Under the pieces are notes generated by a model. The model saw nothing but the letters and a program-made list of their open reading frames with translations, ran no database searches and was not told the DNA's origin. A stretch of DNA of 61,583 bases, filler included. It is 7 parts of 7 records of this genome, joined end to end, with 100 filler letters (N's around TTAATTAATTAA, not from the genome) between each part and the next. Parts side by side here need not be neighbours in the genome. Positions count along the whole stretch, not along the records: positions 1 to 10,456 come from SRR31156797_7030; 6 more parts are not named here. One strand, given 5' to 3'. Both the position numbers and the translations under genes were made by a program. The number at the start of each line of letters is the position of its first letter. Within the stretch, counting starts at the first letter, position 1. Below are positions 1 to 10,556 of this stretch, in pieces.

Positions 1-1341
1 TGGTGGGTTTTCGAAAGTTTGCCATTACCGATAACATCGTTATTACCTGTTTTCCTGTTTCCTTTGCTTGGCATAATGGACGGAAAGTTAACTGCTGTCC
101 AATACTTCAACGATATTATTTTTCTTTATATCGGTGGATTTATCATATCGCTTGCACTTGAAAGATGGAATCTTCATAAGCGAATTGCATTTCGGACATT
201 GTTGTTTTTTGGAACAAGTCATATTCGTATTTTGTTTGGTTTTATGATGGCTTCCTCTTTCTTATCTATGTGGATGTCGAATACGGCAACTGCCATGTTA
301 ATGCTACCTATTGCAATATCAGTAATTACGGAGCTGGAAAAGATTCAAGGCCAAAAACAAGTTGCAAAATATAAGATTGGTTTGCTGTTGGGAATTGCTT
401 ATTCATGCTCTATTGGAGGGATTACAACATTAATTGGCACTCCTCCAAACCTGGTATTTTCGGCGCTTTTTCGTGAGTTATATCCAGGGATGCCCGAAGT
501 TAGTTTTTCACAATGGTTGACGTTTTGTTTACCTATATATATCATAATGATTCTGCTGGGTACTACTGTCTTGTATTTGCTCCATAAACCTAATAAAAAT
601 ACCGAAAATATTCCTCGTGAATACATAAGTAACGCCTATAATAAATTGGGAAAATTGAATTATGAACAAAAAGTATTGTCGACTGTATTTTTGTTGTTTG
701 CACTTTCACTGATCTTTAAAAGCAATATTCAAATCGGGAGTTTTACAATTCCTGGGTGGAGTAGTTTGTTCCCCAATGGTGCATTTATTAAAGATGGAAA
801 TATTGCAGTAGCTGTGGCTTTTCTTCTGTATCTAATTCCTTCAAAAACAATTGAAAATGAAAGAATGATGGACTGGCAAACCACGGTTAAATTACCGTGG
901 GGGATAATACTGTTGTTTGGAGGCGGTTTTGCCCTGGCTAAAGGAGCTGTAAACTCAGGATTTTCTTCCTGGATAGGAGATATTATTGCAAGTAACTCGG
1001 GAAATAACTCAATTATGATTATGTCAGTGAGTTCAACTGTTATGGCATTTCTTACAGAGTTTACCTCAAACGTAAGTACTGCCCAAATTTTATTGCCGAT
1101 AGTTTCTTCTATTGCCGATAAAATGATGATTCAGCCCTTATTGTTGATGATTCCTGTTACAATTGCTTCTTCGCTGGCCTTTATGATGCCGGTTGCAACT
1201 CCGCCTAACGCGATTGTATTTGGCTCTGGTTTAATTCGTATCAAGAATATGATTCTACCGGGATTAATTATGAATCTACTTGGAATTATAATAGTATTAA
1301 TGGTTACCATCTTTTGGGGAACATATATATTTCAATTTTAG
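1..1341 (+). CDS. SLC13/DASS family Na+:dicarboxylate/sulfate symporter (5' truncated)
   Basis: Highly hydrophobic ORF with SMWMSNTAT, GTPPN, TEFTSN and MMPVATPPNAIVF motifs typical of DASS transporters; frame is open to the window edge. Confidence 0.9.
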   Translation, partial: WWVFESLPLPITSLLPVFLFPLLGIMDGKLTAVQYFNDIIFLYIGGFIISLALERWNLHKRIAFRTLLFFGTSHIRILFGFMMASSFLSMWMSNTATAMLMLPIAISVITELEKIQGQKQVAKYKIGLLLGIAYSCSIGGITTLIGTPPNLVFSALFRELYPGMPEVSFSQWLTFCLPIYIIMILLGTTVLYLLHKPNKNTENIPREYISNAYNKLGKLNYEQKVLSTVFLLFALSLIFKSNIQIGSFTIPGWSSLFPNGAFIKDGNIAVAVAFLLYLIPSKTIENERMMDWQTTVKLPWGIILLFGGGFALAKGAVNSGFSSWIGDIIASNSGNNSIMIMSVSSTVMAFLTEFTSNVSTAQILLPIVSSIADKMMIQPLLLMIPVTIASSLAFMMPVATPPNAIVFGSGLIRIKNMILPGLIMNLLGIIIVLMVTIFWGTYIFQF

Positions 1342-1367
1342 AATAGTAAGAAATTTTAATGTTTATA

Positions 1368-1491
1368 ATGAAAAATATATTGCAAGTATTTAGTTTGTTA
1401 TTATTCTTCTCAATTGTCGGCGCAGGAGCGTTATCGTAATCAAATTACTGACTCTATTGCTGTAGCTACCTATATCTGCATGCAACCTTAA
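1368..1491 (+). pseudogene. Frameshifted N-terminal remnant of a secreted protein
   Basis: ATG at 1368 gives MKNILQVFSLLLFFS, which stops after 23 codons. A shifted frame reads SQLSAQERYRNQITDSIAVATY, resembling a signal-peptide cleavage site plus mature N-terminus, then stops. Confidence 0.4.
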
Positions 1492-1673
1492 CTGAAAACT
1501 ATGCGCTCATTTTAGTTTCCAACTTTGGTGTCGCACATAAAAGAGTAGCCTGTTTTGTAATAAAATGAAATGCAAAGCTACTTTAGCAACTACTCCTTTG
1601 GTATTTCATGTTCAAAACCAAACGCGAATTAAATTAGAGCATTTATAGCTTTCTTAAAAAATAGAAGTACCGG

Positions 1674-1817
1674 ATGAAGATGATTAATCGCGATATCTGT
1701 AGTATACTTGAATACGTTTATCGTAATGATGTAACGGTAGAAAAAAAGATTGGTATTTGTACTATATTCGTTTTAACCATTGTTAGTATTTTGATAATTA
1801 TTGTAGGTCATTTTTGA
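1674..1817 (+). CDS. Putative 47-aa small membrane protein
   Basis: MKMINRDICSILEYVYRNDVTVEKKIGICTIFVLTIVSILIIIVGHF has one C-terminal hydrophobic helix and is followed by a terminator. It is below the ORF-track cutoff. Confidence 0.45.
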   Translation: MKMINRDICSILEYVYRNDVTVEKKIGICTIFVLTIVSILIIIVGHF

Positions 1818-1851
1818 AGAAGTTAAATAAAGACTGATAATTATATTTTAG

Positions 1852-1890
1852 AAATCCTTTCACCTTTGGGTGGAGGGATTTTTTATTTTT
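1852..1890 (+). terminator. Intrinsic terminator
   Basis: AAATCCTTTCACC-TTTG-GGTGGAGGGATTT hairpin followed by a T-tract. Confidence 0.7.
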
Positions 1891-1937
1891 TGGATGCTGG
1901 AATCGTATTTAGGTTAACCTATTACAGGAATAGAATT

Positions 1938-1975
1938 AAAAAGCTGCCTTGAATTATCAGGGCAGCCTTTTTATA
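1938..1975. terminator. Bidirectional intrinsic terminator ending the trehalose operon
   Basis: AAAAAGCTGCCTTGA-loop-TCAGGGCAGCCTTTTT, located just past the stop at 1996. Confidence 0.7.
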
Positions 1976-1995
1976 TTTTTACTTTGTAGCAGATA

Positions 1996-2643
1996 TTATT
2001 TAATTTCTACTTCGTATTTCTTATTCACAATTAAATCGGCCAGTGGCTTTAGAGCAAGCATATTTTGGTGTTCCATTTCCAAAATTTCAAAACGAAATTC
2101 ATCATTAGCTTCTTTACCTCTGCTGCCTTGGTTTTTCTTTGTTTCGTGGTACGTTAAATCGATATAAACCCTTAAGTCAATGTCTCTTATTTTAATGGCA
2201 TAAAGTCCGTCAACTACTAGTATATCTATGTCCGAAAAATTTGTAATTAATTTATCTATTTGTTTTGACACAATATCAACACAGGGCATTAATGCTTCAC
2301 GTCCTTCTTTAAACTCTTTAATATTTCGGTTTAAGAGTTTCCAGTCGTATTCTCTATAACCAACTTTTTTAACTCCTTTTTCTCTTCTCCATTCTGTTCT
2401 GATATTTGGAGGAATTTTATAATAATTATCGGTATGAAGAACTTTAACCCGTTGTCCTTGTGCTTTTAACAATAAAGCCAAAGAGTGAGATAATTCTGAT
2501 TTTCCTGCACCGGATTCTCCCGAAATGGCTACAATAAAACGATAGCCTTTCTTTTTTTTGCTTTCTTTTTCTACCAGAATCTTGTAGATATGATCTGCCG
2601 CAATTTTATGCTTTTCGTCAATTAATAATACATCGCCCAACAT
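1996..2643 (-). CDS. Uridine-kinase-like P-loop kinase
   Basis: Walker A GESGAGKS, LHTDNYY and VVDGLYA motifs of the PRK/UK family. Confidence 0.75.
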   Translation of the reverse strand: MLGDVLLIDEKHKIAADHIYKILVEKESKKKKGYRFIVAISGESGAGKSELSHSLALLLKAQGQRVKVLHTDNYYKIPPNIRTEWRREKGVKKVGYREYDWKLLNRNIKEFKEGREALMPCVDIVSKQIDKLITNFSDIDILVVDGLYAIKIRDIDLRVYIDLTYHETKKNQGSRGKEANDEFRFEILEMEHQNMLALKPLADLIVNKKYEVEIK

Positions 2644-2662
2644 CTATCAAACACTTTTTCAA

Positions 2663-5080
2663 TTAATAATGTAATATTTTTTCTCGATTGGTCGGTAAAA
2701 TTATTTTTTTATTTGAAAATTCTATCTCAACCTCTTTAGAAATTGTACTATTTATTTTAATTATTAATTGATTGTGTGATAAATCAATAGAATAATTATT
2801 CTTTTTGTACCAAAAATTAAATTTTAATGAATTCCAGTTTTTTGGCAGCGAGGGATTTATTTTAAGATGTTCTGTTTTTAGGTTAATTCCGGCAAATGTA
2901 GTAATTGCCATTAAAACAGTTCCGCCCATAACTCCCGTGTGTATTCCTTCGGCCGTTGTTCCGCCCTGAATATCAGTAAAGTCGCTTTGAAGCGCTTCGA
3001 AATACAAATTGTTCCCTTCTTCTTTATTTCCAAAAACATTGGCTAAATATGCATGTACAACACGACTCAATGTAGAACCATGCGATGTGCGGGCCAAATA
3101 ATACTCGTAATTCTTTTTAATATAATCAGTTGGAATTTTTTGTCCTGAATTTTCCAGTATTTTAGATATATCTTCTTTGTCGATATTGTAAAAAGTCATC
3201 AAAGTATCAGCCTGTTTGGCCAATTTGTAGTCATCCGGCGATTTACCTTCGGCTTTTAAAATTCTGTCGAGCCGGTAGATATTTTTATATTTTTTGCGAT
3301 AGGCATCCCAGTCCAGTTCTTTTAATTCAAAATAACCATCAAATTGTTCTATTATTCCTTCTTCTGAAACCGGGATATTTAACTTTTCAGCAATGGTTTG
3401 CCAGTTAACCACTTCTTCTTTTGTAAGGTTAATTTTTGAAGTTATTTTCTTTCGGTTATCTTCTGAAAGTTTATTAAGAATTTCAAAAGCTTTTGTAAAA
3501 AGCCATGCCACCATTATATTGGTGTATGCATTATCTTTTAAACCGCCACCCGGGCTTTTTTTGTGTTTTTCATGAAACTCATCGGGTCCCATAACTTTTG
3601 AAATATTATATTCTCCGGTAGTTTCATTCTTTTTCGATTTACTGGCCCAAAACCTGCAAATTTCCAGAAACATTTCTGCACCGCTTTCTTGCATAAAATC
3701 AATGTCGTTGGTAACCTGAAAATAATACCAGGTATTGTATGCAATTGCGATTGAAATATGACGTTGCAACGAACTGTAATCATCTCCCCATTTGCCCGAA
3801 ATTGGATTCAAATGAACAACCTGAGTTTCTTCGCGGCCATCGCTTCCGCTTTGCCATGGGAACATTGCTCCTTTGTAACCATATTCTTTTGCATATTCAC
3901 GGGCTTTTTCAATTCGCCGAAAACGGTAGTTTAATATCGTTTTGGCCACTTCCGGATAAAACAAAAAGTAAACCGGCATAATGTATAGCTCATCCCAGAA
4001 AATATGGCCCCGATACGCTTCTCCATGTAATCCGCGGGCAGCTATTCCTGCATCTATGTTTTTATTGTGTGGCGAAGCCGCAACCATTAAATGGTATAAA
4101 TGCAGTCGAATAAGCATTTGTGATTTTGGGTCGCCATTAATTTGTATATCAATGTTATCCCAAATTTTTTTCCATGCATTTTTACTTTCTTCCAAAATCG
4201 AATTGAATGTGCCAACATCAGATATTTCGATTTTACATTTCTCAAGAGGATTGTTTACGTCGTCTTCTTTTGAAGTAAAAACAGAAACTAATTTTTCTAC
4301 ATTTACTTCTTCATTTTTTAACAACCGGGTTTTAAAATGAAATGAAATTTTACCCGATTCTGCTTTATTATTGGCTGAAACATTTACAGGCTTTCCATCT
4401 TTTAATACCGAATGTTTGGTTGCCTGCGCTATTTCAATTTCCGACTGAACAGTTTTAACAGCTAACCATGCAACTTCATCTGCTGCTCCCTGTTCAATTG
4501 TTTTTAAATGCTTTTGATTGAGATCGCGGTAACGGGCAACACCATCGTTTATAATGTTACCATCAATTTCCGATTTAATTTCTACCTCACCTGAATAATT
4601 AAGTGGAGTAATTTTATATTGCAATGCTGCTAAATGATGATTTGTCATACTTGCAAACCTTGAACTGGAAATTTTGGTCTGTCTTCCTTTTTTATCTTCA
4701 ATAACCATTGTTTTGGAAAGACAACCGTTGGAAAAATTTAAACTGCGCTCTATTGAAACAATTTTTGTTTTATTAATATCAAACCAATCTTCGTCATCTG
4801 TTTTAAAATTGATATACAACCAATTTGGAATATTTACAAAATCTTCATTTTCAATATTCTTTTCTGCTACCTTAGAAACGAGTCGGTTGTACAGTCCGGC
4901 TATGTATGTTCCCGGATAATTGGTATCTGAAGCCAATGTTTCTTCCATTGCCCCACGAGTTCCAAAATAGCCATTTCCAACAGTAAGTAGTGATTCTCGT
5001 GATTTTTCTTTATTTGGGTCATAACCTGAATATTCCAATGACCATGGATTGTATTTTTCTTTTTTGGATTTTTCCAACAT
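2663..5080 (-). CDS. Glycoside hydrolase family 65 (trehalose/maltose/kojibiose-type phosphorylase or hydrolase)
   Basis: GNGYFGTRG N-terminus, ARGLHGEAYRGHIFWDE, GPDEFHE and KQAD motifs. Confidence 0.92.
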   Translation of the reverse strand: MLEKSKKEKYNPWSLEYSGYDPNKEKSRESLLTVGNGYFGTRGAMEETLASDTNYPGTYIAGLYNRLVSKVAEKNIENEDFVNIPNWLYINFKTDDEDWFDINKTKIVSIERSLNFSNGCLSKTMVIEDKKGRQTKISSSRFASMTNHHLAALQYKITPLNYSGEVEIKSEIDGNIINDGVARYRDLNQKHLKTIEQGAADEVAWLAVKTVQSEIEIAQATKHSVLKDGKPVNVSANNKAESGKISFHFKTRLLKNEEVNVEKLVSVFTSKEDDVNNPLEKCKIEISDVGTFNSILEESKNAWKKIWDNIDIQINGDPKSQMLIRLHLYHLMVAASPHNKNIDAGIAARGLHGEAYRGHIFWDELYIMPVYFLFYPEVAKTILNYRFRRIEKAREYAKEYGYKGAMFPWQSGSDGREETQVVHLNPISGKWGDDYSSLQRHISIAIAYNTWYYFQVTNDIDFMQESGAEMFLEICRFWASKSKKNETTGEYNISKVMGPDEFHEKHKKSPGGGLKDNAYTNIMVAWLFTKAFEILNKLSEDNRKKITSKINLTKEEVVNWQTIAEKLNIPVSEEGIIEQFDGYFELKELDWDAYRKKYKNIYRLDRILKAEGKSPDDYKLAKQADTLMTFYNIDKEDISKILENSGQKIPTDYIKKNYEYYLARTSHGSTLSRVVHAYLANVFGNKEEGNNLYFEALQSDFTDIQGGTTAEGIHTGVMGGTVLMAITTFAGINLKTEHLKINPSLPKNWNSLKFNFWYKKNNYSIDLSHNQLIIKINSTISKEVEIEFSNKKIILPTNREKILHY

Positions 5081-5097
5081 AATTTATTTGGGATTTA

Positions 5098-5868
5098 CTA
5101 ATTGAATTTTGCAAATATTTTATTTAATCCTTCAATTCCACCAATTTCTTCCAAATCTTCAACAACAATATGTGCCCCGGCTTCCTGTAATTCTTTTACA
5201 TTATTTTCGCGGGCAATTCCAATGGTTAGTCCAAATTTTCCTTTAATTCCTGCCTGAACACCTGAAACGGCATCTTCTATCACAATAGATTTTGAATAAT
5301 CTGCTTTTACAATATCGCAGGCAGTAGTGAAAATGTCTGGTTCTGGTTTTCCATGTAATCCCAATTCTGCCGAAACAACACCATCGACCCTGGCTTCGAA
5401 AATATTCAGTAAATCTACCCTTTCTAAAACCGGTTTGCAGTTTTTACTCGACGATGCGACACCTAACTTTATTCCGGCTTCTTTTAGTTCATTTAGTAAG
5501 GCAACTGTTGATGGATAAACTTCAACTCCTTCCTGGTTCAAAACTTCGTTAAATGCATCGTTTTTTCTATTTCCAAGTCCACAAACGGTTTCTTTAGTTG
5601 CTTCATCGGAAGGATCTCCAAATGGAATATTAATTCCTCTCGATTCTAAAAACGACTGAACACCTTTATAACGGGGTTTTCCGTCAACAAACGGAAGATA
5701 GTCTCCGGCATGTGTGAATTCTATGAATTTTTCACCATATTCAGCTTCGCGTTTTTTTAAGTACTTATCAAACATTTTTTTCCATGCTGCAGCATGCGTT
5801 AAAGCTGTTTTGGTAATAACACCGTCCATGTCGAAAATTACTGCATTAAAAGTAAGGTTATTGCTCAT
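5098..5868 (-). CDS. HAD-superfamily beta-phosphoglucomutase-like hydrolase
   Basis: FDMDGVIT motif I, SSS motif II, GKPEPDIF and IEDAVSG; adjacent to GH65. Confidence 0.88.
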   Translation of the reverse strand: MSNNLTFNAVIFDMDGVITKTALTHAAAWKKMFDKYLKKREAEYGEKFIEFTHAGDYLPFVDGKPRYKGVQSFLESRGINIPFGDPSDEATKETVCGLGNRKNDAFNEVLNQEGVEVYPSTVALLNELKEAGIKLGVASSSKNCKPVLERVDLLNIFEARVDGVVSAELGLHGKPEPDIFTTACDIVKADYSKSIVIEDAVSGVQAGIKGKFGLTIGIARENNVKELQEAGAHIVVEDLEEIGGIEGLNKIFAKFN

Positions 5869-6057
5869 TTCTATAAGTTTTTATTGTTACAACAAACATC
5901 TGCTGTAACTGTTTACCTTGCTATTTTATATAACAAAATATTTGGTGGTTTCCAAATAATGTTTATAATGTATGCGGAATATTGATAAAGATTATCTCTT
6001 TTGAAAAATTTATATTACGCTTATATAATTTTCAAATAAAACACATAATATTAAGGT

Positions 6058-8274
6058 ATGAAACGATTATTCATGATTTCTAACAGATTGCCATTACATG
6101 TTAATAATGATAAGGGCGAAAATGAATTGATCCCGTTTACCGATGGTTTTGATTCAGGATTAAAAAATTTTTATAAATCGTTTGATATTAAATGGATTGG
6201 CCGGGCAGGAATAAACATTGACGAAATAAGTGAAATTGAAAAACAAGAAATAGATAATAAATTCAGGCTGGAAAATTGTATCCCCATTTATATAGAACAG
6301 CAGTTAAGAAATGAATTTATTGAAGGATTTTGTGACAATACCATCTGGCCGGTATTTAATTATTTTACGCAAACATCGAAGTTTAATCCAAAACAATGGG
6401 TAGCCTATAAAAAAGTAAATCAACTGTATGCCGATACCATTTCGAAATACATTAATGAAGATGATATTATATGGGTGCACGATTATCATCTGATGTTGTT
6501 GCCTAAAATGATTCGCGAAAAATTTCCAAATATTTCAATCGGTTATTTTCAACACATTCCATTTCCTTCGTTCGAAATTTTCAGGCTTTTACCCTGGCGA
6601 ATGGAATTGCTTGAGGGAATTCTGGATGCCGACTTAATAGGATTTCATACCTATGATTACCAGCGACATTTTATGAGTTGTGTGAGACGATTGCTGGGGC
6701 ACGAAACTTTTTTTAATCGAATCAGGCTCGACGAGCGGATTGTAAAAGTCGATGCTTTTCCGAAAGGAATTGATTTCGATTTCTTTAATAATACTGCAAA
6801 AGAAATTGCTGAAAATAGTAAAAGTGAAGATTCTGAAATTCGAAAAGAATTAAAAGAATTTTTGAGAAAAGATAAAGACAGAAAAATAATATTGTCAATC
6901 GACCGCCTGGATTATACAAAGGGAATTCCTGACAGAATTAAGGCCTTTGAGCTATTCCTGAAAAAGTATCCGGAATATATTGAGAAAGTAAGCCTTTTCT
7001 TATTTGTTAAACCATCTCGTGAAAATGTAACCGATTATCAGGATTTGAAAAAACAAATGGATGAACTCGTTGGAAGAATTAACGGAATGTATGGTTCAAT
7101 TGGCTGGATGCCCATATGGTATTTTTATCGATCGATGGACAGAATGGAATCGGTGGAGTTATATAGTAGTGCCGATATTGCATTGATAACACCAACCAGA
7201 GATGGAATGAATTTGCCGTCAAAAGAGTATATAGCCAGTAGAGTCGATAAAACCGGGGTGCTAATTTTAAGCGAAATGGCTGGAGCAGCAAAAGAATTGG
7301 GTGAATCTATAATTGTAAATCCAAACAGCCGGACTGAGGTTGCAGATGCAATTTATCAGGCTTTAAATATGAGTAAAACAGAGCAAATTAAACGAAACTC
7401 AATACTTCAAAAAAGACTAAGTATTTACGATGAAGAACGTTGGGCTAACGATTTTATTCATGGTTTAGAGGGCGTTAAAAAAATGCAGGAATCGAGTTAC
7501 ACACGTAAAGTAACTGTAAAGGTTATTAACAAACTTGTGGAGAAATACAGAAACAGTAAAAAACGAATTGTTTTTCTCGATTATGACGGAACATTAACCG
7601 GTTTTCATAACGATCCGCAAAAGGCAATGCCCGACGAGGAATTATACACCATAATGGAAAAACTAACCACAAATAAAAAAAACACAGTGGTTGTAATTAG
7701 CGGTCGCGATAAGGAAACACTTTCGAAATGGTTTAAACAATATTATAATAACCTGGCTTTTATTGCTGAACACGGAGTTTGGAATAAAAACCCCGGAACG
7801 GAGTGGAGTATGACCAGTCAAATAGAAAAAGAATGGATGGAAATTATTGAACCGGTTTTGCAAAATTTTGTTGACCGCACACCCCGATCATTTATCGAAT
7901 ATAAAAATTATTCGTTGGTTTGGCATTACAGGCATGCAGACCCTGATATGGGACAGCAACGTGCCTGGGAGTTAAAAGATGATCTGAAAAATTATATTGC
8001 CAACCTTAATCTTGAAATAATGGATGGCGATATGGTTATAGAAATAAAAAATGCCGGAATAAATAAAGGAATGGCAGCCCTAAATAAAATAGGGAAAAAT
8101 GATTTTGATTTTATTTTGGCGATTGGTGACGACTGGACCGATGAATATACATTTAATTCTATTCCCGATTCGGCACATACAATAAAAGTGGGAACCAAGT
8201 CAACTGCTGCTAAATATTATATAAACGACGTAAAAAGTGTACGCGGGTTTTTAAAGCAACTGGAGGAAGATTAG
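6058..8274 (+). CDS. Bifunctional trehalose-6-phosphate synthase/phosphatase (GT20 + HAD)
   Basis: SNRLP, WVHDYHLML, HIPFP, DRLDYTKGI and RDGMNL in the GT20 half; FLDYDGTL and GDDWTDE in the phosphatase half. Confidence 0.95.
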   Translation: MKRLFMISNRLPLHVNNDKGENELIPFTDGFDSGLKNFYKSFDIKWIGRAGINIDEISEIEKQEIDNKFRLENCIPIYIEQQLRNEFIEGFCDNTIWPVFNYFTQTSKFNPKQWVAYKKVNQLYADTISKYINEDDIIWVHDYHLMLLPKMIREKFPNISIGYFQHIPFPSFEIFRLLPWRMELLEGILDADLIGFHTYDYQRHFMSCVRRLLGHETFFNRIRLDERIVKVDAFPKGIDFDFFNNTAKEIAENSKSEDSEIRKELKEFLRKDKDRKIILSIDRLDYTKGIPDRIKAFELFLKKYPEYIEKVSLFLFVKPSRENVTDYQDLKKQMDELVGRINGMYGSIGWMPIWYFYRSMDRMESVELYSSADIALITPTRDGMNLPSKEYIASRVDKTGVLILSEMAGAAKELGESIIVNPNSRTEVADAIYQALNMSKTEQIKRNSILQKRLSIYDEERWANDFIHGLEGVKKMQESSYTRKVTVKVINKLVEKYRNSKKRIVFLDYDGTLTGFHNDPQKAMPDEELYTIMEKLTTNKKNTVVVISGRDKETLSKWFKQYYNNLAFIAEHGVWNKNPGTEWSMTSQIEKEWMEIIEPVLQNFVDRTPRSFIEYKNYSLVWHYRHADPDMGQQRAWELKDDLKNYIANLNLEIMDGDMVIEIKNAGINKGMAALNKIGKNDFDFILAIGDDWTDEYTFNSIPDSAHTIKVGTKSTAAKYYINDVKSVRGFLKQLEED

Positions 8275-8411
8275 ATGCTGGTGCTCGTATTTTTTCAACA
8301 CCATTTATTTGAAAATTGTTGTAAAAGATTATTCGTGAAACTTTTGATAAATTGAATTCACGTCATAAAATAATTCCCTGTTTTTGCAGTTTTACATGAA
8401 AAAGATATTAT

Positions 8412-9206
8412 ATGCGAATTTTATTAATTGCTCTATTATTTGCCCCGTTTTGGTCAATTTCACAAACTAATCAAACCGATGTGAATGGGTTGCGGCAGGG
8501 ATTGTGGAAAAAGGAACAACCCAATGGAAAGTTATTGTACGAAGGTAATTTTCGGGATGGGAAACCCGTTGGTGAATGGAAAAGGTATCACGAAGGAGGG
8601 CAGGTAAAAGCGATTATTCAATACTCCGAAAATTCGGATTCTGCAATTACACAGCTTTTTGATGTTTGGCAAAAAAAAGTTGCTGAGGGAAATTTTGTAA
8701 ATGAAAAAAAAGAAGGTACATGGAGCTTGTTTTCAAAAAATCGGAAAATTGCAGAAGAAGAATATTCCGGCGGAGAAAAAAACGGAACTTCCAGAAAATT
8801 TTATGATACTGGTGAGTTGTTGGAAGAAACAGAATGGAAAAACGGTAAACAAGAGGGGAAATATCAGGTTTTTTATAAAAACGGAAAACCTTTTATGCAA
8901 TGTAAATTCAGCGATAATATGCGAAATGGCCTGTTTTTATCGTATTTCGAAAATGGTCATATGGAGCTGGAAGCGAATTATAAAAACAACCTGAGGCACG
9001 AAGAGTGGAAGTATTTTAATGAAAAAGGTGAATACATGTATTCACTGTATTTTAACGAAGGAGTTTTATTAAATCCCGAAGTTAGAGACAGCATAGATAA
9101 TGTACAAATGCAAATGCTTGAACAAGGGAAAAATTCCATTTTAGACCCTGAAAAATACATGCAGGACCCAACAGAATATATGATGAAAAAGAATATTTTC
9201 AGATAG
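8412..9206 (+). CDS. Secreted MORN-variant repeat protein (YwqK-like annotation)
   Basis: Signal peptide followed by repeated GxWxxYxxNG / EGxYxxGKxxG units. Confidence 0.8.
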   Translation: MRILLIALLFAPFWSISQTNQTDVNGLRQGLWKKEQPNGKLLYEGNFRDGKPVGEWKRYHEGGQVKAIIQYSENSDSAITQLFDVWQKKVAEGNFVNEKKEGTWSLFSKNRKIAEEEYSGGEKNGTSRKFYDTGELLEETEWKNGKQEGKYQVFYKNGKPFMQCKFSDNMRNGLFLSYFENGHMELEANYKNNLRHEEWKYFNEKGEYMYSLYFNEGVLLNPEVRDSIDNVQMQMLEQGKNSILDPEKYMQDPTEYMMKKNIFR

Positions 9207-9331
9207 ATTTATTTCAAAAACTTAATCTTTTTTCTTCCCTTAAACTGTTGAAAATAATTTAATGTTCTTTGTTAAACGAATTTTCAGTATTTTAGCATTG
9301 GTTTTTTGAAGCAAAGCATGCCCGTAATATC

Positions 9332-10456
9332 ATGAAATTGAATTCATTTTATATCATATTGATTATTTTAATTTTGCAGTCTTTTACAGTAAAATCGCAA
9401 GATTTTTACTGGATTGCTTTTACCGATAAAAACAATTCGGAGTTTTCACTTTCAAATCCTGAAGATTATCTTTCAGAAAGAGCAATTTTACGGCGGCAGT
9501 CACAATATATTGCCATCGATTCACTCGATTTGCCGGTAAATTCAGATTACATTGAACAGATTGTTGATTCCGGGATTTTTTTGGTTCATAAATCAAAATG
9601 GTTAAATGGAATTACAGTAAAAGTAGAAGTCGATAGTTTTGAAAGTATCATTGCTGAGTTTCCTTTTGTAAAAGAGTTTCAACGAACAAAACCAAAAGCA
9701 CAAACTAAAAGTGCCATTAATAAATTTGATGAGCCCGATGCCTGGCGCGATAATCTGCCAATTGATACTACTTTTTATGGCGAATCGGTTTATCAAACTG
9801 GTTTACTAAACGGGCAGTTTTTGCACAATCAGGATTATCGAGGGCAAAATATAATAATTGCAGTTCTTGATGCCGGTTTTTATAATGCCGATATTTATCC
9901 GGCTTTTGATAGTTTATGGAGCAACAATCAAATTTTAGGAACCCGCGATTTTATAGATCCTGATTCTGATTTTTTTACTACCTATTATCATGGAATGAGT
10001 GTTTTGTCCTGCATGGGAGCAAATATTCCAAATGAGTTAATTGGTACAGCACCAAAAGCTTCTTATTGGTTGCTTCGTTCTGAAAACGAAGATTCTGAAT
10101 ATATAATCGAAGAAGATACCTGGGTTGTTGCGGCAGAATTTGCCGACAGCGTTGGAGCCGATATTATCAATTCATCGTTGGGGTATTTTTTGTTCGACGA
10201 TACAACAACAAATCATTCGTATGAAGATATGAATGGAAATACAACCAGAGTTACGCGGGCTGCAAACATAGCAGCTTCACGCGGAATATTGGTGTTTTCA
10301 AGTGCAGGAAACGAAGGGAACGATCCCTGGAAATACATAATAGCTCCTTCTGATGGCGATGATGTAATTGGTGTTGGAGCAGTAAATAAATTTGGGTTTG
10401 CAGCAAACTTTACCTCTTATGGGCCGGCTTCCGATGGCGATATAAAACCAAATATG
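9332..10456 (+). CDS. S8 subtilisin-family serine peptidase (3' truncated)
   Basis: Signal peptide; catalytic Asp (VLDAGF), His (HGMSVLS) and oxyanion SAGNEG. The catalytic Ser region is lost in the gap. Confidence 0.9.
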
Positions 10457-10556
10457 NNNNNNNNNNNNNNNNNNNNNNNNNNNNNNNNNNNNNNNNNNNN
10501 TTAATTAATTAANNNNNNNNNNNNNNNNNNNNNNNNNNNNNNNNNNNNNNNNNNNN
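10457..10556. other. Artificial contig spacer
   Basis: N-run + TTAATTAATTAA + N-run, 100 nt. Confidence 0.97.

Noticed and set aside
8412-9206. YwqK-type antitoxin of a toxin-antitoxin system
   Set aside because: Has a signal peptide and no adjacent toxin gene; it is a generic MORN-variant repeat protein.
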